Shown here: in pieces, positions 27,801 to 37,100 of the stretch
Numbering within the stretch: the first letter of the stretch is position 1
Layout: each line of letters opens with the position of its first letter
DNA from: a virus
Lineage: Duplodnaviria > Caudoviricetes
Virus record (IMG/VR): IMGVR_UViG_3300049328_000002
Coordinates: 1 to 63,048 of that record
Reading direction: 5' to 3' (one strand)
DNA length: 63,048 nt
Notes under the pieces: generated by a model
Database searches by the model: none
Told to the model about the DNA's origin: nothing
What the model saw: only the letters and a program-made list of their open reading frames with translations
Translations under genes and position numbers: made by a program

Positions 27801-29248
27801 CCAAAGTGACCGGACTCGCAGAGAAGAAGATCGTCGGCTTTGGCGAGCGTACGAAACAACTGCGGCAGGAAATTCAGGAAGAGCTCGGTCGCATTCAAGG
27901 GTTGATCAAAGACAGCTTCGATGTCGAGTACGCCGAGCAGGCAAGGAAAAATCAGAAGGAACAACCTGCTGCTGCGAAGCAGAGGGTCGACAAGAATGCC
28001 CCGTCGCCGAGCGGGCTCGATCCTAATCGCGAAAAGGAACTGCTCGATAAAATCAAAACACTGCGCGATGCCGGCGATAAAGAGGCGAAGAAGGCTGCTG
28101 AGAAAGCCGCCAAAGAGCGCGCGAAACTCGAAGAGGATGTCGCTAAGGAAATCGCCAAGATCGACGACTCGATCGCCGAGCAGAAGGCGAAGACGATCGA
28201 AGAAAAACTCGCGCTGATCGAGCGTGAATACCGCGACCTGTTCGTCAAGCTGGACAAACTCGGCGGCAGCGAAGCACTAAGCGGCCTGGTGAAGATCGAC
28301 GAACTGATCGAGCTGCGCAAAGCGGCCGAGCGGCAGAAGCTGATCGCCGAAGAACGTGAGAAGTCGATCGAGGATGTCCGTAAAAAAGAGGAAGAAGTAA
28401 ACCGCCTGGTCGAGATCCGCGACGCACAGATCGAAGCGGTTAACGCTCGCCAGCAAGCCGGCCTGATCACAGAACTCGAAGCACGGAAGCAGATCGCGGA
28501 GATTCAAAATACCGCGGCACCGGGCATCGTCGCTGGTGCTCAAGCCGTGCGCGACATGATCGCCTCCGTGAAAGACCCGGAGGTGCGCGCCGCGCTCGAG
28601 CTGATCGCCGCCCGCATGGACCAGATTGCAGCGTCGGCGGCAACCATCCCTGACGTGTTGATCTCGCAGGCGCAGATCCTCGAACAGTGGGCGGAAGGTC
28701 TCGCGGATGTCGGCCTGGCTGCGGCCGACGCTGCGCTCGAGACTGGCAGTCTCAGCGAAGGTTTCAAAGCAGCCTGGCAAGAGTTTCGGAAATTCGCTTC
28801 GGACTTCCTGCGGCAGATCGCGAAGATGATCTTGCAGCAGATCATTCTTAACGCGCTTAAGAGCAACCCTTACACCGCTGGTGCCGCTAGTTTTCTGAGC
28901 AGCATGACCGCCGGTCAGAACCATCTCGGCGGCATCGTCGGTGCTGTGAACAGCCGCAAGGTGCAGGTCGACCCCGCGGTGTTCGCGAATGCGCGTCGCT
29001 ATCACAACGGCGGCATGCCAGGTCTCGCATCCGACGAAGTGCCGACGATCCTGCAAACCGGCGAAGAAGTCCTGTCACGCAATGATCCGCGCAACGCGAT
29101 GAACGGCGGCGGCATGTCTCAGCGTGCGCAGGACATCAAGATCGTCAATACGTTCGACGCAGCTGCCGTCGTCGCTGAAGGTCTCAACTCAGCCGAGGGT
29201 GTTCGCACCGTACTCAACATCGTTCGACAGAATCGGGGTTCTATGTAA
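24884..29248 (+). CDS. Tape measure protein
   Basis: 1454 aa, Ala-rich and helical; QIFSKGSVQAEELRGQLGDRL tape-measure motif. Confidence 0.95.
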   Translation: MADESKDIELRIRARDYSQKTLDQLVDTLNELSDAQSKQQDAAKRGEASAKELEASYQKLEKAARALIGQSNLTKVFETQSRALAEASTRAAAARKAQDEYTKSLAGVETVTKKQQIALDKLARSVVAAERAQQKAEDRVARTTAKLAEYGIAADQVGAAQARIAAAVTQANAALERQDRALDTIDADLKKVQQSAGQDTFEKQAADAAKLVRASEYVRWWTDALEAKEEVERRTSAAEAFRKELDGAADLRKAAEYVRWWTGALEEKEAVERRAADTAAFRKELDGAADLRKASEYVRFWTQALEAKESAEAKSAADASLLKEFRDLGVESERSAKSVGRAAHAIDELAVANSKAGDSVRQVVDPTSVLVKTLDGLESAVAGGVRAQAQFAAEMEKTGKSTVDVRAELQQLSRAQSGAASIATLADRFANTRSAAAGAAVELRQARNEVLQYARAVQAADAPNDQLVASLREAEARLAAAERRYQTFAAATAKLKGDLSAAGVNVRNLASEISRLQNVAQRATKTSNDLAAGVSRMNNESGKGKSAWQLLTSGQRTTLSLTQRLRGEVLALTTTYVGLYAAIEGVSSVLDAVQQRAASNARLSTAFGADQVGAQMEYARAQAERLGIALPQVAEQYAKISLAAQAAGLNLQETRFVFESFAEVGKVYNLTKDELDGVFKAIEQIFSKGSVQAEELRGQLGDRLTGAFYEFAKSVGATTAELGDWMKEGQVSSEMMLLFANQFRSKVAPQLADATGTAASEMARFETAIYDLKLAVADSGFLEEFTNAVRKLTEFMKSDDGKKLAEGLGEGLTALAKGFVFLLDNIDGVKTALKGFAAVYAATRILAFVGQVNELVVGFKALQAASPATAAALTRVGAAAAAGAAGFSFGSWLRDEFPAVRGAANGLIGIFDYMWTAINGARKVVLTEYVGGVKDMFTALYNIVVKIMKEIGEFVVEAARSFGLDEFADSLATKVTGLAEKKIVGFGERTKQLRQEIQEELGRIQGLIKDSFDVEYAEQARKNQKEQPAAAKQRVDKNAPSPSGLDPNREKELLDKIKTLRDAGDKEAKKAAEKAAKERAKLEEDVAKEIAKIDDSIAEQKAKTIEEKLALIEREYRDLFVKLDKLGGSEALSGLVKIDELIELRKAAERQKLIAEEREKSIEDVRKKEEEVNRLVEIRDAQIEAVNARQQAGLITELEARKQIAEIQNTAAPGIVAGAQAVRDMIASVKDPEVRAALELIAARMDQIAASAATIPDVLISQAQILEQWAEGLADVGLAAADAALETGSLSEGFKAAWQEFRKFASDFLRQIAKMILQQIILNALKSNPYTAGAASFLSSMTAGQNHLGGIVGAVNSRKVQVDPAVFANARRYHNGGMPGLASDEVPTILQTGEEVLSRNDPRNAMNGGGMSQRAQDIKIVNTFDAAAVVAEGLNSAEGVRTVLNIVRQNRGSM
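25523..25850 (+). repeat. Three 120-bp (40-aa) tandem repeats in the tape measure gene
   Basis: A[SA]EYVR[WF]WTxALExKE units start at 25523, 25643, 25763. Confidence 0.9.
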
Positions 29249-30139
29249 ATGGCGTATTCAACGGGCACAGCGACAAACCGCGCAGATCTGATGACAAAGA
29301 TGATCGCGTTCCTGACCACGGATAGCAGCCTGGTCGCGGCAAATCAAAACTGGGATGTGCTCAGCACGGCAGGCGCAGGTACGGACTTTCTTCTGCGTGG
29401 ACCAGGCTTAGCCGAACTCGATCAGATCCACGTTCGCCTCTATTCGGGCTCAATCCCCGATTCCGATATTTTCGGCTGGTCTATTCAAGGGTTCACCTCG
29501 TACAACGCGAGCTTGGCCCATGATCTGCAACCCGGCATCAGTAGCATTGCCGGCATGGCGCTGTGGGATAGCCCGATGCCGTACTGGTTCGTAGCGAACG
29601 GTCGCCGCTTCGTCGTTGTTGTGAAGGTCTCGACTGTCTACGTGTCGCTCTATGCAGGATTCATTCTGCCGTACGCGACGCCGAGCGAGTTTCCTTATCC
29701 GCTGTATGTCGCAGGTTCGCACGAATCCGCGACAACTGATCGTTGGTCAGCCTCAACACACGACGTGGGCGGGTTCTTCGACCCCTCCGATGGAAACGCA
29801 TACTTCCGCCACAACGATGGCGCTTGGTTGACGTTCGCAAATTACAGCAACGGATCAGGGAACTCACGCCAGAGTGCCGACGCAAACTTGAGCTGGCCGT
29901 ATGAAACTGATCTTCAATTGCGCGAGAACAACGACGGTACGCGCACGCTTCTGCCTGTGATTCTGTACTCGAGTTATAGCGGCGGAAACGTCTATGGCGA
30001 ACTGGACGGCGTGTTCTTTCTTCCGGGCTTCGGTATCGCCGCAGAAGACACCATAACCATCGGCAGTGATACCTACTTCGTTTTTCAAAGCGTCTACCGA
30101 ACCGATCGTCGCGCTTATGCGGCCCTGAAATTGGAGTAA
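29249..30139 (+). CDS. Virion structural (tail) protein
   Basis: YWFVANGRR, YATPSEFPYPL, GELDG; follows the tape measure gene. Confidence 0.8.
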   Translation: MAYSTGTATNRADLMTKMIAFLTTDSSLVAANQNWDVLSTAGAGTDFLLRGPGLAELDQIHVRLYSGSIPDSDIFGWSIQGFTSYNASLAHDLQPGISSIAGMALWDSPMPYWFVANGRRFVVVVKVSTVYVSLYAGFILPYATPSEFPYPLYVAGSHESATTDRWSASTHDVGGFFDPSDGNAYFRHNDGAWLTFANYSNGSGNSRQSADANLSWPYETDLQLRENNDGTRTLLPVILYSSYSGGNVYGELDGVFFLPGFGIAAEDTITIGSDTYFVFQSVYRTDRRAYAALKLE

Positions 30140-30145
30140 TTGAGA

Positions 30146-31135
30146 ATGGCATACGCATCAGGCGTCGCCTCGAGCCTCGACGATTTCCTCGCGCAGCTTG
30201 TCACGTTCGCAGTCACGAATGCGGGCTTCACCAACCTCGGAAGCGTCGCGTCATCCAGTGGCACAGGCGCTCGAACGATCCAGCGCATTCAGAAAGGTTC
30301 TATCGTTTGGAACATGACGCGCTCAGCGAACAACAACGAACTGATGGCTGCTATGAGCTACGGCGCGGCGGCTGCTGGCATGGCGTTGAGCTCGATCACG
30401 TCCACAGTCGGCAGCATGGGAGGTGCAGCAACACAGCAGTATTGGACCGGGATGTCCACCTGGGCTTTCACAGGGCCGTTCGTCGGGCATTATTTTTTCA
30501 CGGACGGCACATGCGTCTACGCTGTCTTGGAAGTTGCCGCCGGCATCTACAACCACTTCTCGTTCGGCAATATGACGAAAATCGGCGGGTGGGCAGGTGG
30601 CGAGTATCTGACTGGGGGTTGGTATCAGAATACGACGACCTCGGGTGGAAACGTAATATTCAGGCCGTGGAATGATGGCTTTCAGCGCTGCCCATTTCCT
30701 GACATCAGTCAGACCGTCAGTCAAAACCTCGGTACGTATTTCAGAACAGCGGACGCGAATGCGCAAGCCGACTTCGCGATGTGCACCGCATATGGCCAGG
30801 CGCCGTTCCACGGGATGTTTGTCGGTGACGGCGACCAAGGTAGCTACGCTCAGTCGTCGTTCTACGGTCGTTTGATCCGTCGCACACCCAACGTATCTAC
30901 GCAGAGAACGCCGCTGTTCCCCGGCATCATGCGTCGGTACGTAGCCGCTTCAAGTTTGTATCAGATCGGCGCTACGTTCCCAAACGTGGCGTTTTGCAAG
31001 TTCGCCCCGAACATCAACCCGAAGGACATCATCAATACCGACTGGCAGATATTCCCGATCACTCAGCGCACTGGCGGTAATGGGGTGCTTGCCGCTCTAT
31101 CCGGCGAGTTCGCGATTGCCTATCGGCGAGTGTGA
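30146..31135 (+). CDS. Virion structural (tail) protein
   Basis: MAY.SG.A N-terminus like the preceding gene; HFSFG. Confidence 0.75.
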   Translation: MAYASGVASSLDDFLAQLVTFAVTNAGFTNLGSVASSSGTGARTIQRIQKGSIVWNMTRSANNNELMAAMSYGAAAAGMALSSITSTVGSMGGAATQQYWTGMSTWAFTGPFVGHYFFTDGTCVYAVLEVAAGIYNHFSFGNMTKIGGWAGGEYLTGGWYQNTTTSGGNVIFRPWNDGFQRCPFPDISQTVSQNLGTYFRTADANAQADFAMCTAYGQAPFHGMFVGDGDQGSYAQSSFYGRLIRRTPNVSTQRTPLFPGIMRRYVAASSLYQIGATFPNVAFCKFAPNINPKDIINTDWQIFPITQRTGGNGVLAALSGEFAIAYRRV

Positions 31136-31138
31136 TCG

Positions 31139-32842
31139 ATGGCGAACTACGACGGTCTGCTTGTTTCGATAATCGCGTACCCTTCGGGTGTAGGTCGCGC
31201 ACCGTGGCTTGACGAACCGATTTCGCTCCAGCTTGGCGCCCCGTGGATGGCGACGGGCATTCGTATCGGTTCTCGCACGAGCACGCAGCCTGTCGACGAA
31301 CCGCGCTTAAATTCCGGTGGTAACGGCGCGTTCTCGATCGGATTCGGTGCGTTGTTCTACAACCGGGTTCAGATCGACCCGTCGATTATCGATCTCGGCA
31401 ACCTACTCACTGTGCAGACGCGCCAGGTCCATCTTTGGAACGGCTACCTGCAACCGATGGATCTGGAATCCATTCAGTCGATCAACGCCGAAGGCGTCTA
31501 TATAAACACACCTGTCCCGGTGCCTTCGACGCTCGGGCCGCTGCAAGAGGTCATATACACGCTGACCGGCGACACCGAAGGTCCGGGGCAGATCGATGCG
31601 CAATTCGCTTGGACGATCGAGGGCGACGAATACTTCCTTCGCGTTATCGGCAATCGCATCGTGGTGTTCCCTTTCCTGGCCGATTGGAAAGACGGTATCT
31701 CGGAGCAGCTGAGTTGGATGTCGAGTGTTGAGCGCTCGTACGACGGTAGTGAGCAACGGCGCGAGCTGCGGAATGCGCCGAGGAAGAACCTTCAGTATCA
31801 GATCAAGCTGCTCGATCGCAACGACTCCGCTCGATTCGAGAACATCCTGTTCGGTTGGCAGGGCCGCAGCTTCGCAGTGCCGATCCCCACCTCGCGCACG
31901 CGCTTGACTGCGACGGTCGGCGCCGCTTCGTCGATCCTGCCGATCGACACTCGCGATCGAGGGTTCTACGCCGGCCAGGCCGCAGTAATCATGCTCAGCT
32001 CGAAGGAGTTCGAAGCGGTCGAGATTGCCACCGTCAGCGACTCGCAGGTCACACTGGTCAGACCCACGGCGCAAAGCTGGCCGAAGTCGGCGTATGTCTT
32101 CGCCGCCGGCACGGCCCATTTGCAGCAGCAGCAGGTATTCAATCGCGCCAATGATTTCTACGGCAGCTCGCCGCTCAACTGGGACTTCTCTGTAACCGAC
32201 CAGAACGCCAACGTGCAGACGGGTGCTGCGGCCGTGACGTATCGCTCGCAAGAGGTCTACCTGGTCAAACCGAATTGGAGCTCGCGGCCGTCGTACACCT
32301 TTCAGGATATGTTCGACGTGTTCGGCGTTGACGACGTTGGTGCACTCGATTACGCGACGACCTCAGACTGGCCGACGATCATCCGACAACACGCATATCA
32401 GTTTCGCACGCGCGCTGACATCGCGGCCTTTCGTCGTTTCCTGCGCCGCCGCTCCGGTCGTGTCGTCCCTGCATGGATACCCTCATGGAACGACGATTTC
32501 ATTGTCACCGAGGATGTCGAGTCGTCGGCAGGTGTGCTTACGGTCATCGACAACGGCTACCGCACCTTCGTTGATGCGCATGAGGTGCGCAGAGACATCG
32601 CGATATTCCGGCGCGGAGTGGCATTGCCGATCATGCGTCGAATCACAGATGTCGTCGACAACTTCGACGGTACGGTCAACCTGGTCCTCGATACGACAGT
32701 CGGCGCGACGTTCCCCACAGAGCAGATCAAACGTGTCTGTCACATGAACCTGTTCCGGCTCGGCAGCGACTCGGTGACGCTGCAATGGCATACCGACATA
32801 GCCATGTCGGCGACGCTCAATTTCATCATGGTCAAAGGTTAG
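31139..32842 (+). CDS. Distal tail / tail assembly protein
   Basis: EQRRELR..PR, GR...WIPSW; synteny. Confidence 0.75.
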   Translation: MANYDGLLVSIIAYPSGVGRAPWLDEPISLQLGAPWMATGIRIGSRTSTQPVDEPRLNSGGNGAFSIGFGALFYNRVQIDPSIIDLGNLLTVQTRQVHLWNGYLQPMDLESIQSINAEGVYINTPVPVPSTLGPLQEVIYTLTGDTEGPGQIDAQFAWTIEGDEYFLRVIGNRIVVFPFLADWKDGISEQLSWMSSVERSYDGSEQRRELRNAPRKNLQYQIKLLDRNDSARFENILFGWQGRSFAVPIPTSRTRLTATVGAASSILPIDTRDRGFYAGQAAVIMLSSKEFEAVEIATVSDSQVTLVRPTAQSWPKSAYVFAAGTAHLQQQQVFNRANDFYGSSPLNWDFSVTDQNANVQTGAAAVTYRSQEVYLVKPNWSSRPSYTFQDMFDVFGVDDVGALDYATTSDWPTIIRQHAYQFRTRADIAAFRRFLRRRSGRVVPAWIPSWNDDFIVTEDVESSAGVLTVIDNGYRTFVDAHEVRRDIAIFRRGVALPIMRRITDVVDNFDGTVNLVLDTTVGATFPTEQIKRVCHMNLFRLGSDSVTLQWHTDIAMSATLNFIMVKG

Positions 32843-32846
32843 AACG

Positions 32847-33668
32847 ATGGCGTTCAACGATCTCGAAATATCGATCTTCGGCGGCAAGCCTGTCGAGCTG
32901 TATCAGTTCTCCGTGCTCGGCGCGTATTGGCGCTACACCACGGAAGATCGGGTAGTCACCTTCAACGGCGCGGACTACGCCCCAATGGCCGGCCTGAAGC
33001 GTGGATCGATCAAGGTCACGCAGAACGTCGAGAAGGGCGAGCAGCGCATACAGGTCCGCGGCGATTCGGAAATTGCTCGAGAGTATCTGATTTCGCCGCC
33101 GTCAGAGCCAGTCGGCGTTCGCATCTTCTCGAAGCATCGCGGCGATCCTGACTACATCATCCGTTGGCGCGGCCGTGTGCAGAACTGCGCGTGGGAAGAG
33201 AACACGGCGTTCGCGACCCTGCTTTGCGTGCAGGCGAACACGTCGCTGAAGCAGCCAGGGCTTCGTCGATCCTATCAATACAGCTGCCCGTACGATCTGT
33301 ATGGCCCTGGTTGCAAGGTGAACCGCTCGGCGTACGAAGTCATCGGAGAAGTCATAGCGATCAACGGTCTGTTCCTTGCGTTCGATTCCGGTGACAGCTT
33401 CCCTGACGGGTATTTCGCTGGCGGCTATTTCGTTTGGGAAGGTACGACCGGCCGTCAGGAAACTCGAATGATCACGGCGTCGACCGGCTCGATCATTCAA
33501 TCGCAGCTGACCACGATCGGATTGACGGTCGGCGACATCGTGCGCTTCTACCCTGGCTGCAATCACTCGATTCAGACGTGCTACACCAAATTTAACAACG
33601 CTGAGAATTTCGGCGGGATGCCGTTCATTCCGACAACCAACCCGTTCGCTGGCGCGACGATGTTCTGA
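32847..33668 (+). CDS. Tail hub protein (BR0599 / gpL-like, Cys motif)
   Basis: CPYDLYGPGC...PGCNHS..TC..KFNN..NFGGMP. Confidence 0.88.
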   Translation: MAFNDLEISIFGGKPVELYQFSVLGAYWRYTTEDRVVTFNGADYAPMAGLKRGSIKVTQNVEKGEQRIQVRGDSEIAREYLISPPSEPVGVRIFSKHRGDPDYIIRWRGRVQNCAWEENTAFATLLCVQANTSLKQPGLRRSYQYSCPYDLYGPGCKVNRSAYEVIGEVIAINGLFLAFDSGDSFPDGYFAGGYFVWEGTTGRQETRMITASTGSIIQSQLTTIGLTVGDIVRFYPGCNHSIQTCYTKFNNAENFGGMPFIPTTNPFAGATMF

Positions 33669-33678
33669 GGATCGAATC

Positions 33679-33903
33679 ATGTGGGTACAGCTGATAGTTA
33701 TGCTGGTGATGATGGTGCTGTCGTACGCACTGGCACCGAAACCGAAGACACAGAGCGCGGCCGTGCAGGAAGGTGAAGTGCCGACCGCAAGCGCGAGCGA
33801 CCCTATCCCTGTCGTGTTCGGTGAAGTCGAGCTCTCCCAGCAGAACGTCGTCTGGTGGGGCGATCCGAACACAGTCCCGATCAAGACGAAGTCCGGCAAA
33901 TGA
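33679..33903 (+). CDS. Small tail assembly protein
   Basis: PTA...PIPVVFG...NVVWWGD. Confidence 0.8.
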   Translation: MWVQLIVMLVMMVLSYALAPKPKTQSAAVQEGEVPTASASDPIPVVFGEVELSQQNVVWWGDPNTVPIKTKSGK

Positions 33904-34100
33904 AGATCAGGATAGAAGACGCGCGAGCGTTGGGTTACTGCGTGCCTGGTCTGCAACGGATGTGCGCCAGGTACGGAATAGATTTTCGAGATGCTGTTCG
34001 GAACGGGCTTGATTCGAGTCGACTCCCGGCAGACGACGCAATGGTGCAGGCGCTGCTCGAGCAGGCGCGCAGGCGGGAGACAATGAATGAGCAAGGGTAA
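33900..34100 (+). CDS. Small tail assembly chaperone
   Basis: YCVPG...YGIDF..VRNG; ATGA coupling. Confidence 0.75.
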   Translation: MKIRIEDARALGYCVPGLQRMCARYGIDFRDAVRNGLDSSRLPADDAMVQALLEQARRRETMNEQG

Positions 34101-37100
34101 GAAGGTAACGATTGGATACTGGTACTCGATCGGGTGGCACTCGATTCTTTGCCAGGGTGGCGCGGATGCGATTCTGAAGATCCGCTACGCCGATCGTGAC
34201 GCCTGGGTGGGCAACGTCACAACGAACCAAACCGTCTACATCAACAATCCGAATCTGCTCGGCGGCGAGAAGCGTGAAGGCGGGCTGCAAGGCAACGTCG
34301 ACTTCATGTTCGGCGGCGAGGACCAGCAGGTTAACCCGTACCTCGCGCTGCATTCGAACCGCACGATCATCCCGAATTATTTCGGATCGTTCTCGGATAG
34401 CGGCTTCATCAGCGGCTTCATCCGCATGCTCGCCAATCTAGGTCTCACGGCAAACCAGGCGACAACGCAGAACGGAGGTATGCCGGTCCCTGCGTACCGC
34501 GGCGTCGTCTCGCTGGTGTTCAAGTCGTTCACCTTCGCCGCGATGAACCCGTACATGAAAAACATGGCGGTCACGGTTCGCCGCGTTCCGAAAAGCCTCG
34601 GTGCGGACTACTCCGCGATTACGCTTCATGGCCGGAAGCACGCAAACCCGTCGCACATGATCTACGACGTTCTGACGAACGGGACGTGGGGTCTCGGTTA
34701 CGGCATCGACGACGTGGATGTTACGACGTTCACGACGGCCGCTTTCCGACTCTTCTCTGAAGGGTTTGGCTTGTCTGTCGCTTGGACCAATGAGACGACG
34801 GCCGAGGATTTCATCAACCTGATCCTGCGCCACATCAACGCCACGCTGTACCCGGCGCCCGACACCGGCAAGTACACGCTGAAGCTGATTCGCGACGACT
34901 ACGAGGTTGATGATCTGCCGACGCTCGATCCGAGCAACATCATCAGCCTGAAGTCGTTCCAGCGCGCAGCGCCGACAGACCTGACGAACGAAGTGTCGGT
35001 TCAGTATTTCGATCCCGATCAGAGCAAGACGGCGAAGGTCACGCTGCAAAACCTGGCGTCTATCAAAGCTGTCGGCCGCATCATTCGCCAGGTGATCGAC
35101 TTGCCGGCGATCAGAGACGGAGCCTTGGCCGCTCGCGTCGCGCAGCGAGAGGTGCAGACGCTGAGCACGCCGCTCGCGTCGGCGCAGATCGAGGTCAATC
35201 TGACAACCTGGTCGTGGGCTCGACCTGGCGCAGTGTTCAAGCTGAACTGGCCGAAGCTCGGCATCACGCAACTCATTTGCCGAATCAGCGATGTCGAGTA
35301 CGGCGAGCTGCGCAGTGGGCGCATCGTCCTCAACGTGATCGAAGACGTGTTCGGCCTGCCGGAAACTTCGTACGTCGTGAACGACCCTCCGACGTGGACG
35401 CCGGTTCCGAATGATCTCGGCGACATCACGACGTACCGGCTGCTCGAGTGGCCGTACTACCTGCTGATCCAGAACTTCGGCGAGGATTACGCGACGAGCC
35501 TGGTCGACGAGCGCAACTTCACTGGCGCCATCGCGGCACGCTCTAACGGCACTTGGACCGGCTTTCAGGTCCACGAGCTCGTCGCGGGCAGCTATCGATA
35601 CAACATGTCGAACAGCTTCTCGCCGTGGGTGGGAGTGACGAACGCGATCACCAAGCAACCCACCGACAACGTATGGTCGTACGAGTTCTTCTACAGCGAC
35701 GACGAGATTGAAGTCGGCTCGATCGGCGTGATCGACGATGAATGGGTGCAGGTTACCGCAATCAACCACACCACGATGTCGGTTACTGTGCTCCGCGCCA
35801 TATTCGACAGCGTGCCGGCGACGCACATCGCCGGATCTCGGATCTGGTTCAACCTGCTCGACACGGAATTCGACGATTCAACGACGCGGTTCGAAGGCGA
35901 GACTGTCACCTATAAGCTGCTGCCGGAAGCGGGTTCCGAAGTTCTACCGCTCGCCACCGCGACACCTCGATCGCTGACGCTTCGCGGCCGTCAAGAGCGG
36001 CCGTATCCGCCAGGCAACGTGAAGTTCAATGGTGAATATTTTCCAGCTAACGTGAGCGAGGAATTGAACCTCACCTGGGCGTTCCGTGATCGCACGCAAC
36101 AGACCGCGGCGCCAACGAACTGGACGGCCGGCAACATCGGCCCGGAAGTCGGCACGACAACCACCGTCAAGGTCTATCGATCCGCGGACAACGCGCTGCT
36201 GCACACCGGATCGGCGATTGCATTGACCACGTACTCGGTCGGCAGCGCGCAGATCGGCGACGAGACGAATATCCGCATCGACGTGCTGTCGGTTCGAGCC
36301 GCGCTGGAAAGCTATCAGATCGTCTCGCACACGATGAACCGACTCGTGAGCGGCGACCCGTACTCTGCCATGGTGCTTTCCGATGCGCCGCTCGGCTACT
36401 GGCGCCTGGGTGAAAGCACGGGAGCCACGGTTGCCAATGACAGCAGCGGCAATGCTCGGCACGGGACGACGGTCAGCAGCGTCACGTTCCAGCAAACCGC
36501 CCTGACGGTGACGAGCTCGCTGAATAAAGCAGCGCGGTTTGACGGCGGTGGCTACGTCGGCGTGCCGTATGTTGCCGCGCTGGCCCCATCGGCGGCATTG
36601 ACCGTCGAAACGTGGATGCAGGTTTTCACGAAGCCGACGAGCACCGCCATAAATAGCGTCATTTCCAAAACTGAGACTGGCGGCTACAACATGCAGTTCG
36701 CTGCTACGGCAAGCCGCTTCGAGTTCCTGGTCTATGTCAATGGCGCCTATCTCAGCGCAGGCGTCGCCATGTCGACGATAAATCTCAACGAGACCTATCA
36801 CTGCGTCGGCACTTACGACGGCCGCTACGCGCGCCTGTACATCGACGGAGCCCTGGTTGCCACGGCAGACGCAGGCGCGACGTACCCGATCACCTACTCA
36901 AACAACAACTCGCTGATGATTGGCGCCGATCCTGGCTCGGGCGCGTTGCCTGTATCCGGTCAGTTTTTCAATGGCTATATCGACGAGGTCTCGGTTTACG
37001 GGATCGCCATATCGGCCACGGCCGCGGCGGCACGCTACAAGCTGGGCCGCGGACTGGTGTCGTATCGCGAAGACCCGTTCTTCGACAAGGTCGCCCTGGC

